Assembly: GCA_022813865.1 (NCBI GenBank)
Contig: JALDZX010000012.1
Coordinates: 310,001 to 374,000 of the forward strand
Direction of reading: 5' to 3'
DNA from: Xylographa opegraphella
Taxonomy: Eukaryota
Length of the DNA stretch: 64,000 nucleotides
The notes under the pieces are model-generated. The model searched no databases, was not told where the DNA came from, and worked only from the letters and a program-made list of their open reading frames with translations. Made by a program: the position numbers and the translations under genes. Of the stretch, positions 36,956 to 49,472 are shown piece after piece; positions within the stretch are counted from its first letter, which is position 1, and every line of letters starts with the position of its first letter.

Positions 36956-38612
36956 GGTCAGGAGCACGTATTCAGGTCGTCGTAGATGGTAATGTTGCTC
37001 CTGTTAACAACGTACACTGGGTACTTTTCTGGCTGCCTGGAACGGACTGCAGCTCGGCCTCGGAAGCCCGAATTGCGAGCGCCACTCGAGTGGAAGCTTG
37101 GCACCTTGTACGCACCAAATCTTGTCGTCCAACTTTTGCAGCCGAATTGATTTGCAATATTGGCCAAGTAAGCGTTTCGGTGGAAGAACAGAACGATGTC
37201 GATGTTCTTGTTCTGCAATCGTCAGAAGGGGAGGTTCGTCTGAGCAGGAGAGGTTTGTAAGGCAGAAGGAGGGACGGAAGCCGAGACTGGGCGAGGGCGA
37301 CCCTTTCTTTGGGCTTGGGGGTGAAGCACAGCCCGTATCACTTTCCCGCCGCGTAGACCCTGCCAAGCTGCCAACCCTTTACGCGACGCTATTCCGCTTT
37401 CACGACGTCGGCGGCTTTGTGTCCGATGCTTCTTCTGCCTTCGCTTGCAGCACCTCGGCTTCTTCGGGCAGGACGATTGGTCGGTTCGTGAACCTATCGC
37501 ATGCACGCCAAGCTTTTAGCGCCAGCTTACGCAAGAGGAAACGTTCTCTACTTTGTACCGGGTGATGGAGAGCAACTCTCATACGTATGACTCCGCGATA
37601 ACGGTTGAAGTGAGGGGGGGGGGACGGCCACAGCAAATGCACCATGCAATTCTCTTGAATAAACTATTGTAAATTCACGCCGTGCGCAGAGTCGCCGACG
37701 ACAGCGACGGACGGAGTCCTTTCGGGAGTGAAACCGGAGATGTAACAGCAACCCCACGGAAGCATAAAGTAACTCTATGCCCGGCTCGCAACACAGCCCG
37801 CCCCTCAGGGTCCGGTTCCGAGGCATGACGTCGGCGATGCCGCATCTTCGTTCTGCTTGCCTCTTTGGGCCCAAGCACACACCGTTGACGGCTGATCTCC
37901 GAGCTGAACACCGCCAGCTCGGAGTTCGTCTGCGCTCGCGTGCTACGAACCTGATCGCGCAACCGAGAGGCTAGCGAACGCGTGGCCCATGAGGAAGCGC
38001 CCGTGCATCTGGCATACGAAGTAGTACCTAGTCTCTCCGGCAAAGGGGAGGTGGAATCGCAGCAGTGGAGGTGGGCAGAATCAGGTACCTGTCACGAAGT
38101 CGGTCAATCATTGGGAAAAGAGTATACCCAATCGAAAAAAGGATGTTCATGCTTTCTGCTGGATCTCGTTTCAGACTGCTGTGGCTGCTTCCCCAATCAT
38201 GCCCCAGTCGTGCCTAAGCCCAATCCGACGATGTCTATTGCAGATTCCGGTTTCACGGAAGACGTTGGTCGTATCGGCAAAGTTACCAGCTGGGAGGCAA
38301 TGGAGTGTTTGTGTTGCGATCCAGTGATGAGGGCGGCAGTCGAGGCTGGACATGTTTGGTGGTTTTTGCTGTGGAGTCTATAATAGGTAGGCAGTGACGC
38401 CTTGAATGACCCACACAGCCACCAAAGCCTCTCTCAATATTCACATCACATCTCGTTGCATGAATCCGAGCCCCACCTGACGTGAGGCTTGTGTGTTTTG
38501 CAATCATTTACACGCCACAATATCATACTTAATCTCCCTCATCCAAATCCGATTCCATTCATCCCTTGCTCCGCCCAGATATGGATCCCACACCCGGCAC
38601 TCCCTTCGCGCC

Positions 38613-40024
38613 TCAATATCCCTGATAGCTGAAAACGAAGTTACCGCCACAGTTTCCCCCACTAAAGCTTTGTGCAAACTCTTCGCCGCCATCTCCGATT
38701 GTCACGTCAACCGTTTCAGCGTCGCAGCTCGTGGTGGAATCCCCGTAGTCCAGAGTGCATCTCACGTCGTCGTAGGTCGGATCCGAGAAGAACTCGGCAA
38801 CCTTGCAGTACGGGCTGGTGATGCAAGCCACGCAGCAATCGTAGCTTGTGTTCTGAGGAAGCTGGACTCCGACCTGGTAGGAGGGTGGGTTGTAGCTTTC
38901 ACTAGCGAAATAGTAGCCGGAAGGCGGTGTGATGATGTTTTGAGCATCACAAGCCGCGTAAAATGTCTCCGTCGGGGGTATTAAAGTTGCGGTTTCCGTC
39001 GTCCTAGATGGGATCTCATTAGCCCTTGTGAACGATGCTGCACGTATTTCTAGGAAATTTCCGAACATACACTTGAGTGGTGGTACTCGCGACATCGGTC
39101 AGAACTGTGCCAGTAACAGTTGTCGTAAAGGACTCCACAGTGAAAGATTCATAAATCGAGGTCGTCGACGTACTGGTGATAGTGATCGTGGATGTTACTG
39201 TAGGAGTTGGTGCTGTTGTCGTAGTGCGGCGAGCTGTTTTTACGATGGTAGAAGTTGAGAATGCCTCGATAGTCTCTGTACATTTGACCGACGTGGGATA
39301 TCGAGCCGGACTATGCTTCACGGTACCTTGAGCTACATCCAATCGAGCTTGCTGCACCGCAACGCCATTGGCTGCAGCACGTTCCACCACCTCGCGCGAC
39401 TCTCGCAGAGTATCAGGAGTCGCGGCTCGTTTCTTGAATGCCGCGGTCGGGCTTGGAGGAGGATTTGGATAGGTGAAACCCGAAGAGGTCGGAACGGTGC
39501 TTGTGGGTGTGGGTTCGGTAGTAGTTACAGTGCTCGTCACAAAGACAGTGAAAGCGGTGGTACCTTGGAATGAACTGCATTAGCATGAGGCTGAATAATT
39601 CCGACATACATCTGCAGATGTCACATTGTAATTGTAGAGATATGATAATCACCGCAAATGGCTGAGCCTGAAGCATTCAATAGCAAGAAACAGTGGGAAG
39701 CCTACCTGTCGATGTGATGTAAACATAAATTGTAGTTGTATCCGAAAGAGTGTCGGTAGTCTGAGCGACCGTCTTGGTGACAACATCAGTCAACGTGGAG
39801 TCCGTGGTGGTTGGTTTGGGTGTGACTGTAACAGTCGGAGTGACGGTTGAATGCACCGTTACCGTCATTGTAGTACTCGTTATGGACGTGGTGCTTGGAA
39901 CAGGCGACACCGAGGTCGCGCCATATTTGGTGCTACAGACCTCTGTTGTGGATTCCTGAGCTTGGGCCAAAGGAAACGATGCAAGAAACGCCAGAGACAG
40001 ACATAATGAGCCTACAGACAACAT
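38613..40024 (-). CDS. Secreted Thr-rich (mucin-like) protein with C-terminal Cys-rich domain
   Basis: Signal peptide MLSVGSLCLSLAFLASFPLAQA, Thr-rich tracts, a KKR site, and FYAAC..N..YDCCVAC..C..C..C; two introns. Confidence 0.75.
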
Positions 40025-41626
40025 AATTAGTCGGAAACAGGAACGACTTCTGACAGTATGTCTGGTTGGAGAGCGTTGCGCAACGGGCGAGATGACAAGG
40101 AGGGTCACTTACTTATATGGGCTGTGAATGCGGACCTGACATGCAGTACAATAACAGCGTTACCTTAAGTTGAGGTCTTCGTGAATGGAGGTTGATCAAT
40201 ACGAGGAACTATTGATCTTGGCAACCGCTGTTTCCGCATGCTAGTTAGGGCTAGCAGGGATATATCGATGACGATTCGCTCAGAACCCCTGCGCTAATCT
40301 ATTTCTGGTGTTCCCCCGCAAAATGGCTTACGGGCGGTGAGGGACGTTAGTTAAATTATTGAAAGTCAGCTGTATCCTCCATATCCTACCACTGGAGATA
40401 ATTGACACCCGGTTTTGGTGACCATTGCGCCGAACCAATCCTATCACAAAACCATGAAAATTCACTCACGCAGCTTCGGCGCACCCTGCATCCAGGGGTC
40501 GTGTTGGACACAATCGATCGCGTAACTTTTCTGCCACAAAACATCGAAGTGCCAGCAAGCGACGAAGGACTTCGTAAAGACTTCTTAAGGATCATGCGGG
40601 ACCTTGAAGAAGCAATTCCTACTCCATCATGCAACACTTTTGTATTCACTCCTATGGTGAACCATACCCACCGTCCTTGACATCAGCCATCGTAGTATAC
40701 GGAGTTAGTGCAGCGAGACCAATATCCCTTTTGAAAGTCATCGAGGGTATCGAATCTACTTGTCATAACATCCCTTGCCTTCCTGCCAGTAGAGGACGGT
40801 CTTCCCTCCGCCCTTAAGACACGACGGCCCCCACCCCCCCCAAGCCGTGAAATGCCATTGCAGCCCACGCCGTGCTTCCTTCATTATCGCGCCCCCGGGG
40901 CCGCGACAGCGAGGACGGGCTCTGGACATAAAAACAACACAGCCACAGGCATTTGCACAAACAATGACCCATCAAAGCAGGAGCCAAAGACCCCCCCCAA
41001 CGCTCAGAGCAAAGGACATCGATCTCCACACCAGCAGACGATCCAATCTTCAACGAAAGCACACGAATACCGGGCATCGCAGGCCCCTCCGGCCCCGACG
41101 CGATGAGTCAGCGGGATTCGGCGCAAACGGGGAAGGGGATCAGGTTGTGCAGGATTTGGGCTTGGAAGCTGGTCCTTGGCGACGAGCGGCATTATATTTG
41201 TCTCGCAGTGTTCAGATAGGTAGTGTGGGCATGTACAGTACGTAGCTTGTCATTACAATGCTAGGAATTTAGGAGTTCCCATCACGCTGGATGGGATGAA
41301 AACAGGAGAAGTTTGAAAGAATTTAAAATTTAGCTTTGTATGGGTATCGTGTACAGGATCGCGTCGCTCAAAAGCAGCAACTTGGACATTGACTATAGAA
41401 TAAATGTCCATCAAAAAAGGATTTCGTTCCCATGAGAAAACGTCAGCTCCACTAGTTCCCTTAGTCCCCCCCTGGTAACATCGCATTTTGGGTATATCCG
41501 TTGCAGAGTTCGCAAAATAGAGCAAAAGTGAGATCCTCCCGGGACAAGTAAGATTTAGATATTCCGATTGACTGGCCGTGAAATCGGGCCCTGTCCACAC
41601 GAGGGACTCTGCGGTTCGTATTATTA

Positions 41627-43448
41627 TTAAGTTATTATATCTCCAAGATAGCTGAGTTCGTTGAAAAGTTCTTCCAGCGCGGCAGAGCCATCGTTCCAAG
41701 ATGTCACGCGATCTTGGCTACTTGTTGCTTTGTATGTGGTTGCGGCGGCGACAGCAGCCTTCGACTGGTTCAGGGCCGAGCTCCGGATAGTCAACGATGA
41801 GGCATGCTCCGCTTTTGTTAAGCTGTAGCCGCCGAAGCCCACACCATCGCTGTATGCTCTGTCGGGGCGGGTACCTTCAGCTGGATTCTTTGAACTGATA
41901 ATTCGTGGCAAGGGAGTGTCGTGCTCGGGCGAGATAAAGTACTCCGCAAACTCGGTTGCCTCCGGGGTGTGTGGCTGTCCCATGTGGAGTGGAGACATGT
42001 ATCCACTGTAAGCAGTCGAAGATGTCAGCGAGGGCGAAAATAGTTCACTGGTTCTTGCAGAAGAACAGACAGATTCAGCGTGTTGTCCTTCAGCATGGGC
42101 GATACCGTCGAGCCCAGTGTACATATCAATGATGGTTCCTGTTGGATTAGCAGAGTCCGAATCGTCCACCGATAGCCTGTAATCCGGTTCGTCGTGCGCC
42201 AACACATGTGCAACAGCCACATCCGAAGCGCATATTTTGTTGCTGATAGGATTGCGATCCTCGTCCTGATTGCTGCAGGCCAAAGGATCAGAAGCTTCTA
42301 AAGATTGTTCCGGAGTTCGGAGGGCACGATTGGATTCCGCCACGGGGTTCCAGGCCAGCTGCGCACCAATACTGGTACCAACTGAAGCCGAATTGCGATT
42401 TACAGACGAATGTCTTGTACCTTCTACACAGTCTGTGGTTACTTCCGCGGGATGTAGCAGCTCACTCGTTTGGCAGGTGGCATCACAACGAGCCCTGGAA
42501 CCCATTACTCCATGACGGCGGTCGGCTCGTGATAGTGGTCTTTCGCCCTCAATTGTGACACGACTCAGGTGGCGTACGGACTGAGTACGACGAACGGACC
42601 GAATATCAAAGCTTGAAGTGGTGCAATTCGGAGACAGCTTAGGGCTCGTCGAGAGTTTTCTGCCACTTGATCTGAGACGACTCCAAAATTGTGTTGTTCG
42701 GAGCTCCGGGAAAATTGTCGAACAAGAGGTAGCTTGTAGGAGTGTCTTGGTGTCTGGCTCTTGCGGCTTCTGTACTGATGTTGAATCCCATTTGGACTGG
42801 AGCGGAACCGTGGGGTTGCGCAATCTAGGTGCAACCGGCGGCCTGAGATCGAGGTATTTGTCTTCCGGATTGAGAGTGTAGTGGACCGAACCAATTGAGC
42901 TTGCCGAATCGCAACGGCCGTGGGTCACATCGTGAACCTGTATAGGAACCTCGAGGATGTTGACAATCTGCCCGGGAAGGAACGGACACGACGCCGTGGA
43001 TGGTTCTGCTGCATTGTGATGTTCGATGTCACCGTTGAGTTGGTACTGTAAGGGATCTATCAGTTTCAGACAATGCGCAAATGTTCTGGTGAATTCTCAC
43101 GTAGTACCTAAACGCTTTGTTAGCATGGGACTCTAGCACACGCGGTCCGGGACGCGTACCAATACGTTCCACCCATCATCAGCCCTCCATCTCTCCCATC
43201 GGCAGGCTTGACCGTGTCCCCGTCACAGACAATATTCGTGAATGAATGGCAGCCACGCCAATGCCCGCTGCCTGTGCGAGGGTCCTTCTGCATGGGATAA
43301 GGTTTACTGAAATTGTCCCACGAACCAAGCACATTGACACTGCATACCGAACGTGGCACTTGCCTAGATGGAAGTTCAGTGGATACAAGAAGCCCTTGGC
43401 AATACCAGTCACATACAGTCGGAAGGTCATAAGAGTGGTGGTAGCCAT
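41627..43448 (-). CDS. Protein with N-terminal CBM48/AMPK-beta-like (Ig E-set) domain and long low-complexity tail
   Basis: SVNVLGSWDNFSKPYPM..D....HWRGCH.F..I.CDG, GGLMMGGTYWYYYQLNG, CPFLPGQIVNILEVP; includes a 7-nt microexon. Confidence 0.75.
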
Positions 43449-45792
43449 TTCATAATATCGACCCAGGGATTTGCTCAGCAAGTGATTGTAGCAAATGAAC
43501 TATAGAATCTGGGGACAGTAGAAGTCGTCTTCTCAAGTTGGCTTGTATGGACACGGTCACCTCCAAAATGATATTAAAAGCTTCAGGGGATTTTGGTTCA
43601 GCCCAGGAATAAGAGGGGTTGCGTGAATTATAATTCAAGCGACGAGTAGATTGCCTTTTCCGAGAACGATAATTGGAAGCTTTTGCTATCTACTTTACCA
43701 GCGATTGATGACAAGGCGGACCTCATGGACATCGTAGGACGGTGGTACACGGAATCCCGTCGCGCATCACGTTGACCACGAGTCTTGAAATGTGGCAGAT
43801 GCCGGATTGGTGTGTAACGACGGGTTGGGTGTGAGATGTGTACCAAGAGGGTGGGCAGCTTCAACACCGAAGGTGAGAGGCTCCCAGTAATAATAACAAT
43901 ATTAATCATAAGAGAGGCGGACGATCCCAGCCAATATCTTTCGGATAAGGAGCTGGGCCCAATTTGCCCAGGCCAACCATCCAGCCACAGGGTTGGCCAA
44001 GCACGTCCATCTTGCACGAAGGCGTAAAACCGTCCCAGTCCAGCGCGTGGACGACTTCCGGGTGGAGGGTGAGGAAGGGGAGATGATCACGGTGACGACA
44101 AAGGCCGAAAGGTACTAGCGTCGGTGCACGGCTGCAGCAGTCTAGGCCGGGTGAGGCAAGGTGCCGTAAGGTAGTGACAAGCAGCGTGGATTGCATGCAC
44201 GGTACGGAGTAAAAATCCCGCGCATGCTTTCCACCCCCAAAAGCTTCAAGACCGTAACACGAACAGGGAGAACTCCCCCGCGCAATCCGTGGGATCGGCT
44301 GTGCGCATCCAGCTCCATACATGGCGTTCATGCTCCATTCATTTCCTGGCCATGCAGGAGCCCGACGTCAAATGAATGCTGAGGCCTATCCACGAGGGAG
44401 CTGAAAATAGAATGATAGGCGGGTGATCCTCGCGACTGTTTCCTCGTGGGGGGGTGCTCAGGGAGGAAACGACTGGCGAGGCTGGGCGGGTTCGGCAGGC
44501 GAAGAGACGGCGGGCGATCAGCGCCAACCCCCGAGCCCCCCTATAGGAAGTGCCGGTCTAACGACCGCCACTGGTCCACTGCCTCCTTGCACCTGGGACT
44601 GCCAATCCAGCTAAACTAGTGAGTTAGCAAGCATTAATCCTTCGGGTTGTTGGTCAACTGGGAACAGCGCGGCTCAGGGCCAAATGTTTCCCACTGGCAA
44701 ATCTCCCGAGGCGCCACCTAATCTCAACAAGCAGTGCCATAAACGGTAGGTAATGCAAGGGGTGCGTCGTAGGGAGTGGTGTAGTGGACACTGCAGAGAC
44801 TGTGCAATCACGAGACGTCTCTGATCTCCCCAGATACAACGCGAGAGGAGAAATGTGTTGCAGAGTAGCTGCCGACTAGGTAGGTATTCCGTCCTGGTCG
44901 TGCTGGTGAAGCAACGCTGCTACGGTAGCGTCCACCGCGTACCTGATTAGTGTGGTGCCGCGTGCGGAGTGAGGTCCGGCAGACATCCGAGGGAGACTAC
45001 CCGTACGGAAAGACGACATGAATGACTTTTGTCGTCATCCCCACGTATTGGACGGAAGCTTGGATAGAAAACTTGGTTGAATTCGATAGATCCGTACAAG
45101 CACGGCCTAGCAGCTGGAGCAACTCGCCCGATATTTGAGCTTTACTGGGAAATTCACATTCATATCTAACGTTGCAGCTACTTTGCTAATACAGAAAGTG
45201 CTACGACATCTGACAATATCGCTGCACGTTCCACTGGTTACTGAGACGACGGCCTATTGATTTGCATCCTCCAGAGAGACCACTTCTTGACTAGATACAA
45301 CCGAAGACTCAAGCAAGACAATCGAGTTATGAGTCGCACTTCCAGCTGACCATCTAATCTCTTCGGATGATCTGTAAGAAGATCTGAGTGGTGTCCGAGA
45401 CACGAGCATCTGCTGGACCAGTACTTCTTGACTTCAGTCGGCACTTTTGCGCTGCCATGGCCAATCGCAAGACACTACCGTCCTGTGTTCCTGTCACGGT
45501 CTCCTGGTAAACTCGGCGGAAAGAGTGGTACACAGACATATTGATAGGAACGAGTCCGAGTGTCCAATTCGCGGGCACTTGAAAGCAGTAACAGCGGCGC
45601 AATGGCATCTGCGGCGGTAGAACCGGCCCTTCCCAACCAGCTACCGACATGGCATTTCGTACAATTCCTCAAAAACCCCCATTCCTCCACAGCCAAATTG
45701 CACCAAATATCTCTCCATCGTCGCCAATGCAAACCCGACCCGAAGCGCAAGTTGAAGCCCCAGCCATGAACCACCTCTCCCCCCCCCCATCC

Positions 45793-46542
45793 TCACACCT
45801 CCCCCACCAACCTCGCCTCATCCACCTCCCGCTGCGTAACCCCCCTCCACTCCTCCACCGGTATCCACCCGATATACGCCCGATCCCCAAAGCCCCCGAT
45901 CCAATAAACCTGCTCGACCACCACCCTCGCCCAATAGCTCAGATGGATCTCATTCCCCGGCGTCCACGCCTGCGCATCCGGGTGCCTTTTCAAAAAACAC
46001 TCCCGCACCTCCCCCGCCCGCACCTCCTCCGCGTCCAGCGCGCGCACGTGGCCCAGCAGACTGAAGCGCGGCATGTTGGCCGGCGAGTACGTGTACGGGT
46101 CGCGCTCGGGCGGCGCGTGCGCGGGCGGGTGCCAGCGCAGGCTGAGCGTGAGGTTCGAGCCGGCGGCCGTGTTGCGGAAGGAGGTGGCGATGGCGATGGC
46201 GAGCACGGTGGGCTCGTGCGGTGCGGGCGCGCATGTGGCGTAGTAGTCCATCAGGCCGATGGGGGCGCCGTCGAGGTGGGGGGGCGGGCCGCTGCGGGAG
46301 GAGTCGACTGCGGCGGTGGGGGGGAAGACGGTCGAGAGGGTGCCGATGGAGGAGAGCTGTAGGATGCGGCGGGCGAGGATGGCGGATTCGTGCACGGTGG
46401 GGATGCGGGTCGTGAGAGGCGAGGTGGGGGGCGGGTTGGAGAAGATGTGCTGCGGCGGAGGAGGCGAGAGGATTTCTTGGGGCGGAGGGGTGGAGGTGGT
46501 GAGGGGCAGGAGGAGGAGAGTGAGGAGGGAGCGGGGGCGCAT
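45793..46542 (-). CDS. Secreted CREG-like / pyridoxamine 5'-phosphate oxidase-fold protein
   Basis: Signal peptide MRPRSLLTLLLLPLTTS; IPTVHESAILARRIL, IGLMDYYA, PRFSLLG, CFLKRHPDA..WTPGN.IH, YWIGGFGDRAYIGWIP. Confidence 0.87.
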   Translation of the reverse strand: MRPRSLLTLLLLPLTTSTPPPQEILSPPPPQHIFSNPPPTSPLTTRIPTVHESAILARRILQLSSIGTLSTVFPPTAAVDSSRSGPPPHLDGAPIGLMDYYATCAPAPHEPTVLAIAIATSFRNTAAGSNLTLSLRWHPPAHAPPERDPYTYSPANMPRFSLLGHVRALDAEEVRAGEVRECFLKRHPDAQAWTPGNEIHLSYWARVVVEQVYWIGGFGDRAYIGWIPVEEWRGVTQREVDEARLVGEV

Positions 46543-46945
46543 GGTGGTGAGTAGAGAGTGGGGAGTAGAGGTCGCTCGTAGGGAGCGTGGTGGTGCGATG
46601 GAGAATTCGTTCGGATAGCTGGATGGTGGATAGGTCGTGGTGGTTGAAGCACCTCGAGGTTCCAGAGCGTAGACTACTGGTGACGTAGGGTATCGAAGGT
46701 ATGAATCTAGACTCGCAATGTGGGCCTCGGGCAAGCAATGAGACTAGTGACGTTCTTATGAGACTGGGTCTACTAAGTAGCCGGCAACTCGATGTTATCA
46801 CACAAGAGTCAGACAGCAAGGCCATAGTTGAAAAACCGAATGCATACCACTATGCAAGTCTATATACATTTACCTACCGAGTCGGCGAGATTTGTGGCCA
46901 GAGCATGATTTCCTAGAGACTACGAGCTGCACGACACTCCCGGCC

Positions 46946-48260
46946 TCAAAGCGACGACTTGAGGTCCCCTCCATACCGCACTTTCCGTACCATGGAAGGA
47001 TTACAGTCAGCGATAGTGCGGAGGCCACACAAGCCCATACTTTGGTCGAGGTCGGCGAGAATCCCCTTCACTACGTCCCTCGCGCCTTGCTTTCCAGCAA
47101 TTCCCAAGCCGTACACGAAAGGTCTACCGACGAGGACACCCTTGGCTCCCAGGCATAAAGCCTTGATAATATCCGCACCGGTTCTTATGCCCGAGTCGAA
47201 GAATACGGTGATCTTGTCTCCGACCGCTTCGGCGATTTCCGGGAGGACCTCGAAGCTCCCTGTGGCTCCATCCATTTGTCTCCCGCCGTGGTTGCTAACG
47301 ATGATCCCTTGCACACCAGCCTCGACGGCCTTTTGCGCATCCTCAACGTGCTGAATACCCTTCAGAACTATGGGGCCATCCCAGTTTTTCTTCAAGTGCT
47401 CAATCTGATCCCAGGTGTGGGCTTTTCCAGAAAACACATCGGCCTCCCAATCCACGCTGGCTGTCATGATATCGTCTTCGATTTCCTTCTGATGCTTCTC
47501 TTTGAATTTGCGTCTGAATACAGGGTCACTGAAACCGACTTGATTGCCAACACCTTTCGCGAATGGAACATATGCGTTGTCTAGATCGGCAGGCCGCCAG
47601 GCAAGAGCCCAAGTGTCTAGCGTCACGACGAGGACCTTGAAGCCGTTTGATTTGGCTCGGCGCAGCAGGCTCACAGTAATCTCTTCGTCATGGGGCCAAT
47701 ATAGCTGATACCACCTCCTCCCGCTGCCATTGGCTTTCGCGACTTCTTCGATAGTACTGCTAGCAGCTGAGCTCATGATGTAGGGCACGCCGATCTCCGC
47801 TGCCATCTCGGCAACACCAACCTCGCGGTCACTATGGAAGATGGTTTGAACACCGACAGGAGCAAAAAATAGCGGCGAATCATGCTTTTCGCCGAATATC
47901 TCCACACTCAAGTCCCGATGAGTTGTATCTCGAAGCATGCGGGGTATGATCTACCACAGAGTAAGCCAGTCTCCCAAGCATGCTGTAGCAGGCACGGCCC
48001 CCATGTACCTTCCACTGTCGAAACGCAAGTCTGTTAGCATCCATGGTGGCCCGCTCTCCCGCCCCACCAGAAATATAGTTGTAACTCGTCAAACTAAGGT
48101 GCGTCTTTGCTTGCGCCTCCAGCTTGTTTGGATTCGTCGTCACAGTGGGCATGGAATTATTCAGGACACCATTCATGTAGATCTCATTCTGAAACTTGCC
48201 ATACTGCCGGCCTCCGTCAGGTGCCTCAGGATGCTTCTGAGAAGCCTGCAATTGCGGCAT
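46946..48260 (-). CDS. FMN-dependent alpha-hydroxy acid oxidase (lactate 2-monooxygenase-like)
   Basis: YISGGAGE.ATMDANRLAF, APVGVQ, WYQLY, LVVTLD, PIVLKGI, VSNHGGRQMD, DSGIRTGADIIKALCLGA; one intron; C-terminal SSL may be a PTS1 variant. Confidence 0.92.
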
Positions 48261-49472
48261 AGTGCTCGTAGATATGCGTATTTTATAGAGACTGTCGAAG
48301 TGTCTCGAATATAAGCCTGAAAGTGGCTGAAAGACAGAAGCGTTTTTAAGTTGGCAGCAAGCAAAGTCAGAGCATATGAGTCTCGGATCACCTCTCCCAC
48401 CGGAGTATTTACATTAAGAAAACACTTTTTGAGAATCAGAGAGGAGTTACATAAGATCCCCGCATCACGTCACACTATCGACCGAGCTCCTCTAGGTACA
48501 CCATAAGCGCACGGACTCCGGAAGAACTACACCTCATTTCGAGTTCACCACTCAACGACAGCTCAGAATCCTACTCCTCCACACACCCAATCCGGCAGCA
48601 GTATATATTGTGGAAAATAATGAATGGATATTGACACTCGCAGATGCACCCAAGCTTCGTAAGAACTTGGTCTCAGAAATACGTAAGATCATAACGATCC
48701 AAGGCAGGCTACCTCAACGGTAACTGGTATCTGCCCTGGTCCGCCAGTCTCTGTTTGTTGCAATGGATGAACGCATAGATCTGCTATATTTGATATTGAA
48801 AGATCCTGCTAACCACCTCGGAGTGGAGGTTATATAGTGTCTTGATCTTCCAAGCATGAGCTTTCAGATCTGGCAGAATCTTAGCATTCGCACGCTTCTA
48901 CCGAGCTATCTATCTGCCAGTGCCATCACATGAGGATTTTCGGTAGCTCAAATCACGAATTCGTACCTTTTCCTTAGGTTCCAAATTGTCAGACGGAACT
49001 GTCGATCCGCTAATCCGGAGATCTGCAATGAGTTTACGTCTTGCTGAAAAGAGCTACTATGCCCATTCATACTACTATATGATACGAACGCCAGGCCTCG
49101 TTGACTTCATCTCAGAAGCCTCCGGTAAGCTTCAAGATGAAATTGTGTCAGTGACTGCTAACATCTGTGACCACCACTGCATGTTTGCTGGTTCTCGTCC
49201 AAAACGATGCCTGGTGACTTGTGGGAAGATTGAGCTCCTGTAACCTCTCAGACTAGCTGAACAGCGCTGCTCGAAGTAATAATGACGTTGAACAAAAGAA
49301 TCATTCGAATTGGATCCCTCCGGGTGTGAACCGTAGTCAACGGCGCCACCGTCTGTTCCAAGGACTTTACCAGGTTCTAACAGTATAACAGGGCCGCTAA
49401 CTCCGATTGTTTCAACGAATCCCGACGTCTAGAATAAACAGCCATCTGGAAATCCAGGAAAGTTGTGTAGTT

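Noticed and set aside
39005..39075. Apparent frameshift between overlapping ORFs
   Set aside because: Explained by a canonical GTATGT...CTAAT...TAG intron; the same applies to TES1, bZIP, NLR and NEW1.
40386..41245. Short ORFs between the Thr-rich and CBM-like genes
   Set aside because: No motifs or coherent splice model.
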